A program made the translations under genes and the position numbers. DNA of 64,000 bases, taken from positions 25,367 through 89,366 of the forward strand of contig JANQNK010000003.1 in the NCBI GenBank assembly GCA_028279595.1. The letters run 5' to 3'. The notes beneath the pieces are model-generated. The model was not told where the DNA came from. It ran no database searches and saw nothing but the letters and a program-made list of their open reading frames with translations. Below, piece by piece: positions 11,420 to 21,235 of this stretch; position 1 is the stretch's first letter; each line of letters starts with the position of its first letter. The DNA comes from Thermoplasmatota archaeon. Lineage in GTDB: Archaea > Thermoplasmatota > JAKEGO01.

Positions 11420-12316
11420 TTACTTCATATACTTATCGAACCAGCCAAGAATGGGTTTTGGATTGGTACCAATCCAGTCGTAAGCAGCCATTCGGTTGAA
11501 GTTGGCATTCTTCAACTTGGGAATCTCTATCCAGAGCATTTTCTTCTCTACCTTCAGGTCATTGTAATATGTGTTAACAAATTTCTCATCAAGGTAGCCA
11601 TCGTTCTTGTTCTGAATTACTAATGTTGGAATATTGATCGTCTTCACATTATGCATAAATGTATTTGTCGAGTAATCGATCCCTGTTCGGTTTTTGATCT
11701 TTTTATTAACACTTTTAATAAATAATTTAGGCAATGCCCCAGCTTGAATGAACGTCTGATAATCCAGGGGTTGGACAGATACCATGGCTTTCAGATTCTT
11801 GTACTCCCTCAAGCCATCTTCATCCCCGAAAGCATTGGTGGATGCAGCCTGTCCCATACAGATGCTAAATAACCCGATCTTGGCATTTTCATATTCCTTA
11901 TGGTTCGATATGAATTTTACAGCGGCGATGATATCTTTCCTTTCTTCAAGACCCCAGGTGACCCAGGGAATGGTCCCCAAACCACTATTCCCGTGTGCTC
12001 TGAAATCATACATTAGAACGGAATATCCAGAATCATTGAGGTATTTCGCCTGTCTTAGGAAATGTACATCCTTGTGGTATCCTTTAACCATTCCCTTTCC
12101 CTCAAGCGTATAACCTGATCTGCTGCATTGAATCCCGAAATGAGATTGTATTATTACTTTATCCTTGGCGCCTTTGATCAACCATCCTGAAAGTTTTACG
12201 CCATCCGAAGTATCAAATTTGACGTTCTCATAATCAAGACCATACTCCTTTGGATCATCGAACACTTGACCCTGATAAGGTTTAATCATCGCATCTGTCA
12301 GTAAATTCGCAATCAT
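11420..12316 (-). CDS. Alpha/beta-hydrolase-fold protein (dienelactone-hydrolase/BAAT-like)
   Basis: 298 aa. The motif YDFRAHGNSG with a following nucleophile elbow (CMGQAAS) resembles an alpha/beta hydrolase. The gene is AT-rich and sits in the island. Confidence 0.55.
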   Translation of the reverse strand: MIANLLTDAMIKPYQGQVFDDPKEYGLDYENVKFDTSDGVKLSGWLIKGAKDKVIIQSHFGIQCSRSGYTLEGKGMVKGYHKDVHFLRQAKYLNDSGYSVLMYDFRAHGNSGLGTIPWVTWGLEERKDIIAAVKFISNHKEYENAKIGLFSICMGQAASTNAFGDEDGLREYKNLKAMVSVQPLDYQTFIQAGALPKLFIKSVNKKIKNRTGIDYSTNTFMHNVKTINIPTLVIQNKNDGYLDEKFVNTYYNDLKVEKKMLWIEIPKLKNANFNRMAAYDWIGTNPKPILGWFDKYMK

Positions 12317-12349
12317 TTATTCACTTCCTGGAATCACATCTACAACTTA

Positions 12350-12375
12350 ACTGAGTACTCAGTCAGTATTTAAAC
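12350..12375 (-). promoter_or_regulatory. Perfect 14-bp palindrome ACTGAGTACTCAGT next to a TATTTAAA box; putative TetR operator and promoter of the hydrolase-TetR operon
   Basis: A perfect palindrome at 12350-12363 lies between the TATA-like box (12368-12374) and the ATG at 12316. Its arms GAGT/ACTC resemble the palindromes at 15740 and 19595. Confidence 0.45.
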
Positions 12376-12506
12376 TTTATCCATAACTCCTGCACTTTCT
12401 ACGTTGAGAACTGTAGTAATTTACCTCGCACGGTATATAGTCCGATAGAACCGAGCTGAAGTCCCCACACTCTATACCAGTTTCATTGATTCATGGTGCA
12501 GTTCGA

Positions 12507-13073
12507 TCACTTCTTGATCATATCCCACAAGGTAGGGAAGAACTTCTCAATCACCTTCGGGTCCTTGAGCTTCCTTGACGATAGGTAGAGTATGGTAAAA
12601 TTGACGTGTGACATTATCGCCTCCGATAGATAATCCATCGGGAGGTCCTTGATGAGTCCCTCGTCGACAGACCTTTGATAAATGTCTCCCATAAGGTCAA
12701 ATTCCGCAGAGAATTCATCCATTGTGAGCTTGGTGATATATGGCGATGACTTATACATCGCTAGAAATTTCATCTGATTCGGATTCTTTATCCCCCAGGC
12801 GATGCCGATATCCCAGAATGTTTTCACAGCCTCCTCGTTCAACAAGGAATCCTCGGTCAATTGCGGGAAAATGCCCATGAACTCCTGCTTCGTCCCGAGG
12901 TAGAGTTCATTGATCAGTGCCTCCTTGTTCTCGAAGTAGGAGAAGAGTGTCCCAGTACCGACGCCAGCGTCCTTTGTGATACTGGTTGTGGACGTATTGT
13001 CGAATCCTCTTGTCACGAAGAGCTTCAGTGCGCTCCTCATGATGGCATCCCTCTTATTCATCTTTTCACTCAT
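12507..13073 (-). CDS. TetR/AcrR-family transcriptional regulator (paralog of 18126-18716)
   Basis: 188 aa with the HTH AIMRSALKLFVTRGFDNTSTTSITKDAGVGTGTLFSYF. It is ~70-75% identical to the ORF at 18126-18716. It lies 13 bp downstream of the RND exporter gene. Confidence 0.85.
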   Translation of the reverse strand: MSEKMNKRDAIMRSALKLFVTRGFDNTSTTSITKDAGVGTGTLFSYFENKEALINELYLGTKQEFMGIFPQLTEDSLLNEEAVKTFWDIGIAWGIKNPNQMKFLAMYKSSPYITKLTMDEFSAEFDLMGDIYQRSVDEGLIKDLPMDYLSEAIMSHVNFTILYLSSRKLKDPKVIEKFFPTLWDMIKK

Positions 13074-13086
13074 TGTACCACTTAAC

Positions 13087-15702
13087 TCACTTATTGTATT
13101 TTTTTCTATTGCCCGACCTCTGCCTTCGAGATGAGGATCGAGTCCTAGCGATTTTCTTGCGAGCTAGCGGATGGATACGACGTCCCTTCGCAGTAGTCCT
13201 AGCCCATACGACCAGTATGCTTGGCTGTATGAACACCGAGGCCAGTAACGAATAGAGGATCATAAGAGCGGTCAGAGTGCCGAACTGCTGCATCATTCCC
13301 TGCGGGGATAGCGCAAGGATGCCAAAGCCTACCATCGTGGTCACAGCTGCGCCGAAGAGTGCTGTGCCGGTGTGGCTAACTGTAGTGATCACAGCCTTCT
13401 CTATTCTACCATGGTCCTCGAGCTCTTCCGTGAATCGGTGGGTAACATGAATTGCATAGGTCACTCCGAGACCGATGCTGAGTGATCCGATGAGAAGCGT
13501 CATTACATTCAGAGATATGTCGAGGAGGAACATGGTGCCATGGATCCATATGAGTACTAAAATGACCGGGAGTGTGGTGATGATCCCCAAGCTCTTCGAT
13601 TTTACCGAGTTCCAGAATACCAGGGAAAGTACTACAGAGGAAACGACCACAGTGATAATGATCGATGTCAGCATAGAATCATTGATCGCTCCGAGAACGA
13701 GGTTCATTATCACTGGTTCTCCAGTAAGTATCACCCTGTTCACGGTACTCTTCGACTCGAGTCTCTCCAAGGGCGCGGCGTCATCTTCAATGTACGAGAT
13801 TATTTCATCGGTCTTGGAATGTCCCTGTGAGTCTACCCTGATCCGGATCAAGGCGACAGTATATTTTCCGCTATCTTCATCGAAGTACAGGACATTGTCG
13901 AGTTCTCCTGGGTGGTTCTCTGTGATGTACTCGAATAGAACGCTAACATTCGAATCCGGAACATTGTCATCATCAAGATCCTCTGCTCGATACATGGCCT
14001 CGAAATCGGGATCGTAGAGGTCCCCATCGGATACGGTGGACACGTTGGCGAGGTCTCTCATGACCGTAAGCGGGGATTCCACACCATTCCCACCTTGAAA
14101 GAGTATTATCTCTCTATCATCGTTCTCGATGTTCGTATGTGTGGCATCCATGGCCTCGAGCACCTCCGTGGTTGCTACGTTTTCACCTTCGACATAGATG
14201 ATCACGGATTCCTCGGAGAAGTCGAACTCGGTCTGCATGTACTCGAACTCGTCTCTGACCTCGCTACCCTCAGGCAATCCTGCCTCGACGAAATTGAATG
14301 TTGTGGATACCATAGTTGCCAATACCAGCAATATCAGGGTTATTGCAGTCGCTGCCGTCAGTGTCCATTTGGGATGGGATCCCGCAATCTTCCCCCCAAA
14401 ACCCATTGCTTTCGTAAATCCAACCGAGATCGGATTTCTGGTACCGATACCGGAAGCCCTGTCCTTGTTAGACGGTGAGAGGAGATCTTTCCCCTTCTTA
14501 ACTCTGTATGTGTCAATAAGAACCCTACAGGCTGGAACGAAGGTGACGAACACGATATAGGCCGCTAGGATACCTACTGCGACCGTGATCCCGAACTCGC
14601 GGATTGGACCTATATCGGATGTTCCGTTCGATAGGAAACCGATCATACTGGTGAAGGCAGCGAGGAGGAGGGCTGCTCCGGCGGAGACAATGGAGATATC
14701 CGCAGCCTTTCTCACTGTATCACCTTGGGCGATCCGTTCCCTGTATCTCATAGTAAGATGTATGCTGTAGTCCACCCCAAGTCCGATCAGCAAGATGGGG
14801 ACTATGGTGGCAGCCTCGGATGTGTAACCCATGTATATCATGAAGCCTTGGATCCATATCAGAGAGAAAACCAGAGCGAGCAGGCCTATCATCAGATCGC
14901 TTATCGTGCGGAACGTGATCCATAGAACGACGATGATCATTCCAAATGCAATGGGGAACAAGGTGTTCATGGTATAATCCCAACCCTCTTCCATCGTATC
15001 GTTGATCTTCGTGTTCGTGAGCGCGAATGGCCGAACGGAGGAATATTTCCTCTCGGAGACCACCTTGTCAATTCTCCGCTCGATGCGCTCGATCCTATCA
15101 TCTCGATCTTCAGATGTCTCACCAGGCAATATTGTCTTATCAACAGTGACCATCATGAGTGCAGAACGATATTGGCCACCATTTTCTGAGGATGTCAGAA
15201 TATGAATTAATGCTCCAAGGTCAGGGATCTCCAGAGAATCGTTGAATACGCTCCTCAATTCGCTGTTGGTCATATTTCCGTATGATGAGACCAGTGATGA
15301 ATGGTTCCCAGCTTCAGGAAACGCTAGAGGTGCGAGGAGTCGGGGAAGGCTGATGATCCCATCCTGGGAAAGGTTTCCAGATATGACGTCATCCTCTCTC
15401 AATGAAGATTCTAGCTCGAGCATACCGATGAAACAATCAGTCGAAATGATGTCCAGATCCTTATCGGGGGAATTCTCGTGAACCAATACAATGACGTTGT
15501 GGCTCTGGCTGAATTTCTCATCGATATCATCCCTCGCGTCAACCGCCTCATCCCCAGGTATCCATGCATCTTCACCCTGCAAGTCGGCGGCGGGAACGGT
15601 CAAGATGATACCCATCATTATCATCGTGACCAGTACTACGGCCCCGATCGTCAATTCTGGTCTTCCTGTGACCATCTTGCTGACGTTTTTCAATATCTTC
15701 AT
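13087..15702 (-). CDS. RND-superfamily exporter (MMPL domain, COG1033-like)
   Basis: 871 aa. It has two 6-TM bundles, each preceded by a large extracytoplasmic loop, and the typical MMPL/SSD region ...GIGVDYSIHLTMRYRE... and ...GLGVTYAIHVTHRF.... The gene is AT-rich. Confidence 0.85.
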   Translation of the reverse strand: MKILKNVSKMVTGRPELTIGAVVLVTMIMMGIILTVPAADLQGEDAWIPGDEAVDARDDIDEKFSQSHNVIVLVHENSPDKDLDIISTDCFIGMLELESSLREDDVISGNLSQDGIISLPRLLAPLAFPEAGNHSSLVSSYGNMTNSELRSVFNDSLEIPDLGALIHILTSSENGGQYRSALMMVTVDKTILPGETSEDRDDRIERIERRIDKVVSERKYSSVRPFALTNTKINDTMEEGWDYTMNTLFPIAFGMIIVVLWITFRTISDLMIGLLALVFSLIWIQGFMIYMGYTSEAATIVPILLIGLGVDYSIHLTMRYRERIAQGDTVRKAADISIVSAGAALLLAAFTSMIGFLSNGTSDIGPIREFGITVAVGILAAYIVFVTFVPACRVLIDTYRVKKGKDLLSPSNKDRASGIGTRNPISVGFTKAMGFGGKIAGSHPKWTLTAATAITLILLVLATMVSTTFNFVEAGLPEGSEVRDEFEYMQTEFDFSEESVIIYVEGENVATTEVLEAMDATHTNIENDDREIILFQGGNGVESPLTVMRDLANVSTVSDGDLYDPDFEAMYRAEDLDDDNVPDSNVSVLFEYITENHPGELDNVLYFDEDSGKYTVALIRIRVDSQGHSKTDEIISYIEDDAAPLERLESKSTVNRVILTGEPVIMNLVLGAINDSMLTSIIITVVVSSVVLSLVFWNSVKSKSLGIITTLPVILVLIWIHGTMFLLDISLNVMTLLIGSLSIGLGVTYAIHVTHRFTEELEDHGRIEKAVITTVSHTGTALFGAAVTTMVGFGILALSPQGMMQQFGTLTALMILYSLLASVFIQPSILVVWARTTAKGRRIHPLARKKIARTRSSSRRQRSGNRKKYNK

Positions 15703-15735
15703 TCAGATCACCACGGTGACTGTTATTCATATCCA

Positions 15736-15806
15736 TTTCGAGTGACTAATCACTCAATAACATTGGGAGTATATATAATTATTGATTGAGCAGTCACTCA
15801 ATAATT
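15736..15806 (-). promoter_or_regulatory. Conserved operator/promoter element, copy 1: palindrome GAGTGA-CTAA-TCACTC (15740-15755), TATA box (15768-15782) and palindrome ATTGAG-CAGTCA-CTCAAT (15785-15802)
   Basis: It lies 40-100 bp upstream of the RND exporter start. It is ~80% identical over ~75 bp to the element at 19591-19660. Confidence 0.5.
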
Positions 15807-15868
15807 CGGGTCGTATCAAATCTGATGAATGATCTCAGCGATGTCCATTCGATCCAACGGGTCTTGCT

Positions 15869-16861
15869 CTATGGGACGTTGAGCCTTTCCAATCCGACTA
15901 TACCATAACTGGAATCGACCAGTTTGTTTGCCTTTTCAATATCCCGGGCATTTGGATTGGGGGATTCCATCGGCCAACCGCCTTTCTTACATTGCTTGTC
16001 CCTGTAGAGCACACTCTGTTGGCTGAAATAGGCTCCCGAATGCCTCGGTGCGTCATCAGAGAGCAGACAGTGAAGTGACGTCTGAGCGGACTCCTCGTTG
16101 CTGTTGGTCCAGAAGGGATAGATCGGTGCCATCAGCACCCTCATGATCGTCATCAACAGACCTTTGCCACCGAAGTTCGACCTCGCCCAACCCGGATGTA
16201 CGGAAGCCGTTGTTACACCGGTACCCTCGAGCCGATTGGCAAGTTCTAAAGCGTATAATACATTCGCGACCTTTGCCTCTCCATAAGCCGCGAAGTTTTT
16301 GAATTTCCTTGATTGATAGTTCAGGTCTTCAAGGTGGACATCATGCCTGTTCTTTGGGCTGCCTGCATGAACGACGGACGAAAGAATTACTATCCTCGAA
16401 GGAGCGCTCTTCTTCAATACATCAAGCAGCAGTTCCGTCAACAGGAAATGGCCGAAATAGCTGACCCCTATGGTCATCTCTAGGTCATCCTTCGTACGCT
16501 GGATCTCCCGACCCATCGTCACAAGCCCTGCATTGCATGCTAGACCGTCCAGTCTGTCATATTTCTTCAAGAATTCAGCGACGAAATCCCTCACCGATTG
16601 GAGGTCGGCAAGATCTATCCTCATCACATCATAACTCCCTTTCAGTCCCTTGAAGCTCTTGGCCACCTCCTCTCCCGCTTCCGTTCTCCTACATGCCATG
16701 ACCACATGTCCACCCTGCTTCACAAGCTGTCTTGTCGTCTCAAGACCTACTCCCGAATTGGCCCCGGTTACGATGTACACCTTTCCGCTCATATCTTTAG
16801 CGAGGGTCTTCTCATCGACCCATATGACATCCTTTCTACCCATTCTCATCACCACTTTCAT
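15869..16861 (-). CDS. Short-chain dehydrogenase/reductase (SDR; retinol-DH/WWOX-like)
   Basis: The TGANSGVG cofactor motif and the catalytic YxxxK region (YGEAKVANVLYALE) are present. The N-terminus overlaps the upstream LtrA stop, so the true start may be at an internal Met (16849/16843). Confidence 0.8.
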   Translation of the reverse strand: MKVVMRMGRKDVIWVDEKTLAKDMSGKVYIVTGANSGVGLETTRQLVKQGGHVVMACRRTEAGEEVAKSFKGLKGSYDVMRIDLADLQSVRDFVAEFLKKYDRLDGLACNAGLVTMGREIQRTKDDLEMTIGVSYFGHFLLTELLLDVLKKSAPSRIVILSSVVHAGSPKNRHDVHLEDLNYQSRKFKNFAAYGEAKVANVLYALELANRLEGTGVTTASVHPGWARSNFGGKGLLMTIMRVLMAPIYPFWTNSNEESAQTSLHCLLSDDAPRHSGAYFSQQSVLYRDKQCKKGGWPMESPNPNARDIEKANKLVDSSYGIVGLERLNVP

Positions 16862-18125
16862 TTCTCCGATTGACAGTCAATTCATCCATTTCTTCTGGGA
16901 TCAGGCCTCTCATCCAAGTCATCATTGCCGCGATTATTGGTAGGAAGAGAAGTACGTTGGTGATTACGAGTATTTGGGTCGCCCCCAGGTCCAGAAGGCC
17001 GAAGGGGAGCAGCAGGATTGCCGCGATGGGTAATACCTTCCTGCCCACAGCCAACGGTCGTTCGAATTCTCTAGCTATCTGCAGGGTCTTGACCAAAAGA
17101 GCGATCGATACAAGAACAATGGAAAGGGATACGATTATCGACCAACGCACCCCATCGGGAAGATGGTCTCCCTCGTGTTCTATCATGTAAAGGATCGAGG
17201 CTCCGATGACGGTTATCCCTGCGGTCATTGGGAGATGGAGGTAGAACCATCTCATCGTGTTTGACATCCCCGGGCGGGGCAGTCGACTAGAGACCGTGTC
17301 GAAGTATGTCCACCAGATACCGACCGCCAAAAGGGTACCAAGCATCACCTTGGTGCCGAGCTCCCACGTGATATCATGGTGATCTGCAGCTCCGCTGACA
17401 ACGCTGAACACTATCTCTCCGAGGACGATGATGGTTAGGAGACCAAACCTTTCACTCAGTGAAGGGCTGACACTTGAACCGATCTCGAGCTGTTTCCGGG
17501 CTTCAGGATTCCTCCGACCGATCGCAATGAGCATGGTCGGAAGTATGAGGGAAAGGACGAAAGCGAGAGCCCAGAGATAGAACCGGGCCGGTGGTGCAAT
17601 GAAGATCGAACCCGCGAACAGGACGGTATTGAGTAGGAATACCGCTGAATACGGACCCGACAATGGACGGTGATCCGGGTCATGTACTCCCGTCCTCCAC
17701 CAGAGGAACGTCAGGATGAGCTGGAAACCGGCGTAGGAAAGGGCGAATCCCCGCGACGTATCACCCATGGCATCGTGCGCGAAGATCGCCATCATCACGA
17801 CAGTTGCCATCTGGAGGAAGGTGAAGACCCTCGTCCGGATGTCGTCGTTACCATGTACATCGTGGTACAGGGATCCGTTCAACCACGCCCACCAGACTAA
17901 GACGAACAGGAAGGAGAACTCACCGATGCCTACCCAGGTTATGTGGTGAACCAGCGCATGGGAGAGTTGAGCGATGAGTGCCACGTAGACGAGGTCGTAG
18001 AACAGTTCGAGGAACGTCACTGTTCGATGCTCGGGACGATCCCCTGCCCTTCTTGGTGGTTGCCACCAATGATGTAAGGTCCTAGGACGGGTCCTCATAC
18101 GCCGATGTCCCCCCTGTCGATCCAT
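16836..18125 (-). CDS. Low-temperature-requirement A (LtrA)-family integral membrane protein
   Basis: 429 aa and polytopic. The N-terminal motif VTFLELFYDLVYVALIAQLSH...WWAWLNGSLYHDVHG is characteristic of bacterial LtrA (PF06772). Confidence 0.65.
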   Translation of the reverse strand: MDRQGGHRRMRTRPRTLHHWWQPPRRAGDRPEHRTVTFLELFYDLVYVALIAQLSHALVHHITWVGIGEFSFLFVLVWWAWLNGSLYHDVHGNDDIRTRVFTFLQMATVVMMAIFAHDAMGDTSRGFALSYAGFQLILTFLWWRTGVHDPDHRPLSGPYSAVFLLNTVLFAGSIFIAPPARFYLWALAFVLSLILPTMLIAIGRRNPEARKQLEIGSSVSPSLSERFGLLTIIVLGEIVFSVVSGAADHHDITWELGTKVMLGTLLAVGIWWTYFDTVSSRLPRPGMSNTMRWFYLHLPMTAGITVIGASILYMIEHEGDHLPDGVRWSIIVSLSIVLVSIALLVKTLQIAREFERPLAVGRKVLPIAAILLLPFGLLDLGATQILVITNVLLFLPIIAAMMTWMRGLIPEEMDELTVNRRNESGDENG

Positions 18126-18716
18126 TCACTTCCGGATCATATCCCATCCGGTCGGAAAGAGATCCTCTATGACCTTCGGGTCCTTGATCTTCCTGGATGT
18201 GAGATAGAGTATCGTGGCATACATGTGAGAGGTCGTTGCCTCCATCAGGTAGTCGATGGGCAGGTCCTTTATCAGACCCTCCTCGATCGATCTTTGATAC
18301 AGGTCTCCCAGTAACTCCATTTCATCGGCGATCTCGGATTGCGTGAGCTTGGTGATGTAAGGTGAGGACTTGTACATCACGATGAACTTCATCTTGTCAG
18401 GATTCCTGATCCCCCAGTTGATGCCCAGGTCCCAGAACGTTCTGACGACCTCCTCGGTCAGTAGGGTATCGTCCGACAACGGCGGGAAGATTCCCATGAA
18501 CTCCTTCTTGGTCTCAAGATAGAGCTCGTTGATGAGCGCTTCCTTGCTGTCGAAGTAGTTGAACAGCGTCCCTGTCCCCACCCCGGCATTCTTGCTTATG
18601 TTGGCCGTGGACGTGTTGTCGAAGCCCTTGGTCGTGAAGAGCTTCAATGCGCTCCTCATGATCGCTTCCCTTTTGTCCTTTGGCTTACTCATCGCTACCG
18701 TATCCTCCTGAACCAT
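18126..18716 (-). CDS. TetR/AcrR-family transcriptional regulator (paralog of 12507-13073)
   Basis: 196 aa with the HTH EAIMRSALKLFTTKGFDNTSTANISKNAGVGTGTLFNYF. Its stop abuts the LtrA start. Confidence 0.85.
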   Translation of the reverse strand: MVQEDTVAMSKPKDKREAIMRSALKLFTTKGFDNTSTANISKNAGVGTGTLFNYFDSKEALINELYLETKKEFMGIFPPLSDDTLLTEEVVRTFWDLGINWGIRNPDKMKFIVMYKSSPYITKLTQSEIADEMELLGDLYQRSIEEGLIKDLPIDYLMEATTSHMYATILYLTSRKIKDPKVIEDLFPTGWDMIRK

Positions 18717-18750
18717 TTATTACTTGCTCCATACTCGAACATCCTGAGCT

Positions 18751-19575
18751 TCACCTGAAGGCCCGCCGGATCATCCGGTCGTATCCTCGGTCGCCAAAGA
18801 GCCTTCTCATCCAGATCATCGTCCTTGCCATCTGGCCCTTGACATATCTGGTCTTTGGTTTCCTCACGGTCGCAGCCTTAGCGATCGTCTCTCCAAGAAC
18901 CTCCGGATCGGTACCCATCGTTTGCATCCTCGGGCTGTCCATTAACTTGAGGTATGGATCAATCTGACCTTTGTATGCATTTCCATTATCGTACTTTTTC
19001 AACTGTTCTCCGACGACAGCACCAAAGTTCGTCCTTATCGCTCCCGGCTCGATGACCACTACGTCGATACCGAACTCCTTGACCTCGATCCGCAGGCAGT
19101 CAGAGAATCCCTCGATCGCGTGCTTGGTGGCATGGTACCACGCGCCAAGCGGCGTATAGATCTTGCCTCCCATCGAGGATATATTCACTATCCTTCCGGA
19201 CTTCTGCCTCCTCATGTGGGGAAGCACCATCTGGGTCAGCTCGACGAGGCCGAAGTAGTTCACATCGAACTGGTATCTACCATCCTCCATGGGAACGAGT
19301 TCCACGGGACCGTAGAGGCCGAAGCCGGCGTTGTTTATCAGTATGTCGATTCGACGGTCCTTTTCAAGGATCATATCCACCGCTCGCCTGTTGTCTTCGG
19401 TCTTTGAAACGTCCATGCCTATTGGTACGATCCCGAATCTCTTCAGGTCCTCCATCTTGTCGACGCTTCTCGCTCCTGCGTAAACCTTGTGTCCCTGTTT
19501 CGCGAGGATTTTGGCAGCTTCCTTCCCCATTCCGGAGGAGGCTCCCGTAATCAACACAATCTTCTTTTCCATCAT
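18751..19575 (-). CDS. SDR-family oxidoreductase (classical)
   Basis: 274 aa with TGASSGMG, NNAG and YHATKHA (YxxxK) motifs. Confidence 0.85.
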   Translation of the reverse strand: MMEKKIVLITGASSGMGKEAAKILAKQGHKVYAGARSVDKMEDLKRFGIVPIGMDVSKTEDNRRAVDMILEKDRRIDILINNAGFGLYGPVELVPMEDGRYQFDVNYFGLVELTQMVLPHMRRQKSGRIVNISSMGGKIYTPLGAWYHATKHAIEGFSDCLRIEVKEFGIDVVVIEPGAIRTNFGAVVGEQLKKYDNGNAYKGQIDPYLKLMDSPRMQTMGTDPEVLGETIAKAATVRKPKTRYVKGQMARTMIWMRRLFGDRGYDRMIRRAFR

Positions 19576-19590
19576 TTCCTCAACCTCCTT

Positions 19591-19660
19591 ATTGATTGAC
19601 TAATCAGTCATGTATGGGCTAGTATATATAGTTATTGATTGAATAGTCAGTCAACAATTT
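19591..19660 (-). promoter_or_regulatory. Conserved operator/promoter element, copy 2 (TGATTGACTAATCAGTCA palindrome, AGTATATATAG TATA box, ATTGATTGAATAGTCAGTCAACAAT)
   Basis: It lies 20-85 bp upstream of the SDR gene start (19575). It is ~80% identical to copy 1. Confidence 0.5.
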
Positions 19661-19726
19661 GTATAGGTACTGGCTCCCTATCAACCATAGAAAAATACTT
19701 GTAAATTGTCCTGAAATTCGCTTCAC

Positions 19727-21235
19727 TCAAGTATGTCGCCGCTTTCTCCGGTCGACTGCGATGAAGAGTGTTATGATCGCCAAGGCCACCGGCAGGATAG
19801 GCAGTTCAGGAACCTTCTGAGGTGCGCTGTTCTCGGTGTAGTTAATCAATGGATATCGATCCTCCGCACCTGCACTTCCATCGATAGAATATTCGGTCTC
19901 TCCGATGCCATCTCCGTTGCTGTCCGTTCCGTTATAATCTGACCAGTAGTTACCGTGGGTCCCGTTGTCCCAGGTGTTCTTACTGTTGTTGTCGTACCCT
20001 TGCGAGGTGCTCTCACCATTGCTGAGGAAGTTGTTGTGATGGATGACATTATCATAGCTGTCGGCGATGACGCAACCGTAGTCGGTATTGTTGAAGATCT
20101 CATTGTAAGAGACGGTGTTGTTGTTCGAGAAATCATCCAGATCGATCCCATGGATACCGTTCGAATTAACTGTATTGTTACCAATGTCGTTCCTGTAAGA
20201 TGAATCAGAATAGATCCCAGTTTCGTTGTTTGAGCTCACGATGTTATGTAGAAAAATATTGTTCCCGCCCTGATTGATATGGATGCCGTCACCGCTGTTC
20301 ATGCACACAGTGTTGTTCGAGACGTTGTTTCTGAATGCTTCGTAGAAGTATATCCCATACTCACCGTTGGAAATCGCGTTGTTATTACTTATTGAGTTGG
20401 GACCAAAAATGTATCTTAAGTATATTCCATATCGACCGTTCGAGGTCAAATCGTTATCTTTGATGATATTATTGTCACTTGATCTGCTGTAATTCGTTTT
20501 CACACTAAAAGTAGAAATGAGCTTGATACCCAGGTCAGAATTCGCACTTGCATTATTGTCCTTTATTGTGTTGTATGTCGAGGCATCGAGGTATATACCA
20601 AAATAATTTGAACTGACACTATTGTTCTCGATCACAGTGGTGTTGCTGTCGCGTTTAAGATAGATTCCAACATTATTGTGGGTAACGACATTGTTGGAAA
20701 TCGAATTGTTGTTCGAGCCCTTTTGGAAGATACCCGAATCAGTGTTCGAACCGATCAGATTGTACTCAACGGTATTGAAATTGCTCGAGGAGTTCAGGAA
20801 GATGCCATCTCCGCCGTTCCAGCTGATGTTACAATTGACGATCGTGCAGTTCTCTACAGAGGTTAGTAGGATGCCAGAATCAAGGTAGGCTGATCCTGAT
20901 CCAGTAATTTGAAGATGAGATAAATTGACATTATCCGCAGTTATGTTGAGCGTGATCCCACTACCAGTCGCATTTACTATGGTGTTCGAGGAACCATTCC
21001 CGATCAGTGAAAGACTCTTGTTCACAAGAACGTTCTCGAGATACGTCCCATTGAACACGTAGATCGTGTCCCCGTCCGATGATGCGTTAATAGCGTCCTG
21101 TATCGAAGAATGATCGGCCCAACCACCATCATCATCGACGGTAAAGGTCTCTGCTTTGATAGTTGGAAGCGCTTGAAGTGCTATCACGAGGACCATCATC
21201 GTGATCAGCAACCTGGCAATGAATTCCGTCGCCAT
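19727..21235 (-). CDS. Secreted right-handed beta-helix (NosD/PbH1 repeat) protein with a C-terminal TM and basic anchor
   Basis: 502 aa. There is an N-terminal signal peptide. The module TFTVDDDGGWADHSSIQDAINASSDGDTIYVFNGTYLENV is homologous to the N-terminus of the 2028-aa ORF. It has many N-x-S/T sequons and parallel beta-helix repeats. The C-terminus is PILPVALAIITLFIAVDRRKRRHT. The gene is AT-rich. Confidence 0.7.
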   Translation of the reverse strand: MATEFIARLLITMMVLVIALQALPTIKAETFTVDDDGGWADHSSIQDAINASSDGDTIYVFNGTYLENVLVNKSLSLIGNGSSNTIVNATGSGITLNITADNVNLSHLQITGSGSAYLDSGILLTSVENCTIVNCNISWNGGDGIFLNSSSNFNTVEYNLIGSNTDSGIFQKGSNNNSISNNVVTHNNVGIYLKRDSNTTVIENNSVSSNYFGIYLDASTYNTIKDNNASANSDLGIKLISTFSVKTNYSRSSDNNIIKDNDLTSNGRYGIYLRYIFGPNSISNNNAISNGEYGIYFYEAFRNNVSNNTVCMNSGDGIHINQGGNNIFLHNIVSSNNETGIYSDSSYRNDIGNNTVNSNGIHGIDLDDFSNNNTVSYNEIFNNTDYGCVIADSYDNVIHHNNFLSNGESTSQGYDNNSKNTWDNGTHGNYWSDYNGTDSNGDGIGETEYSIDGSAGAEDRYPLINYTENSAPQKVPELPILPVALAIITLFIAVDRRKRRHT

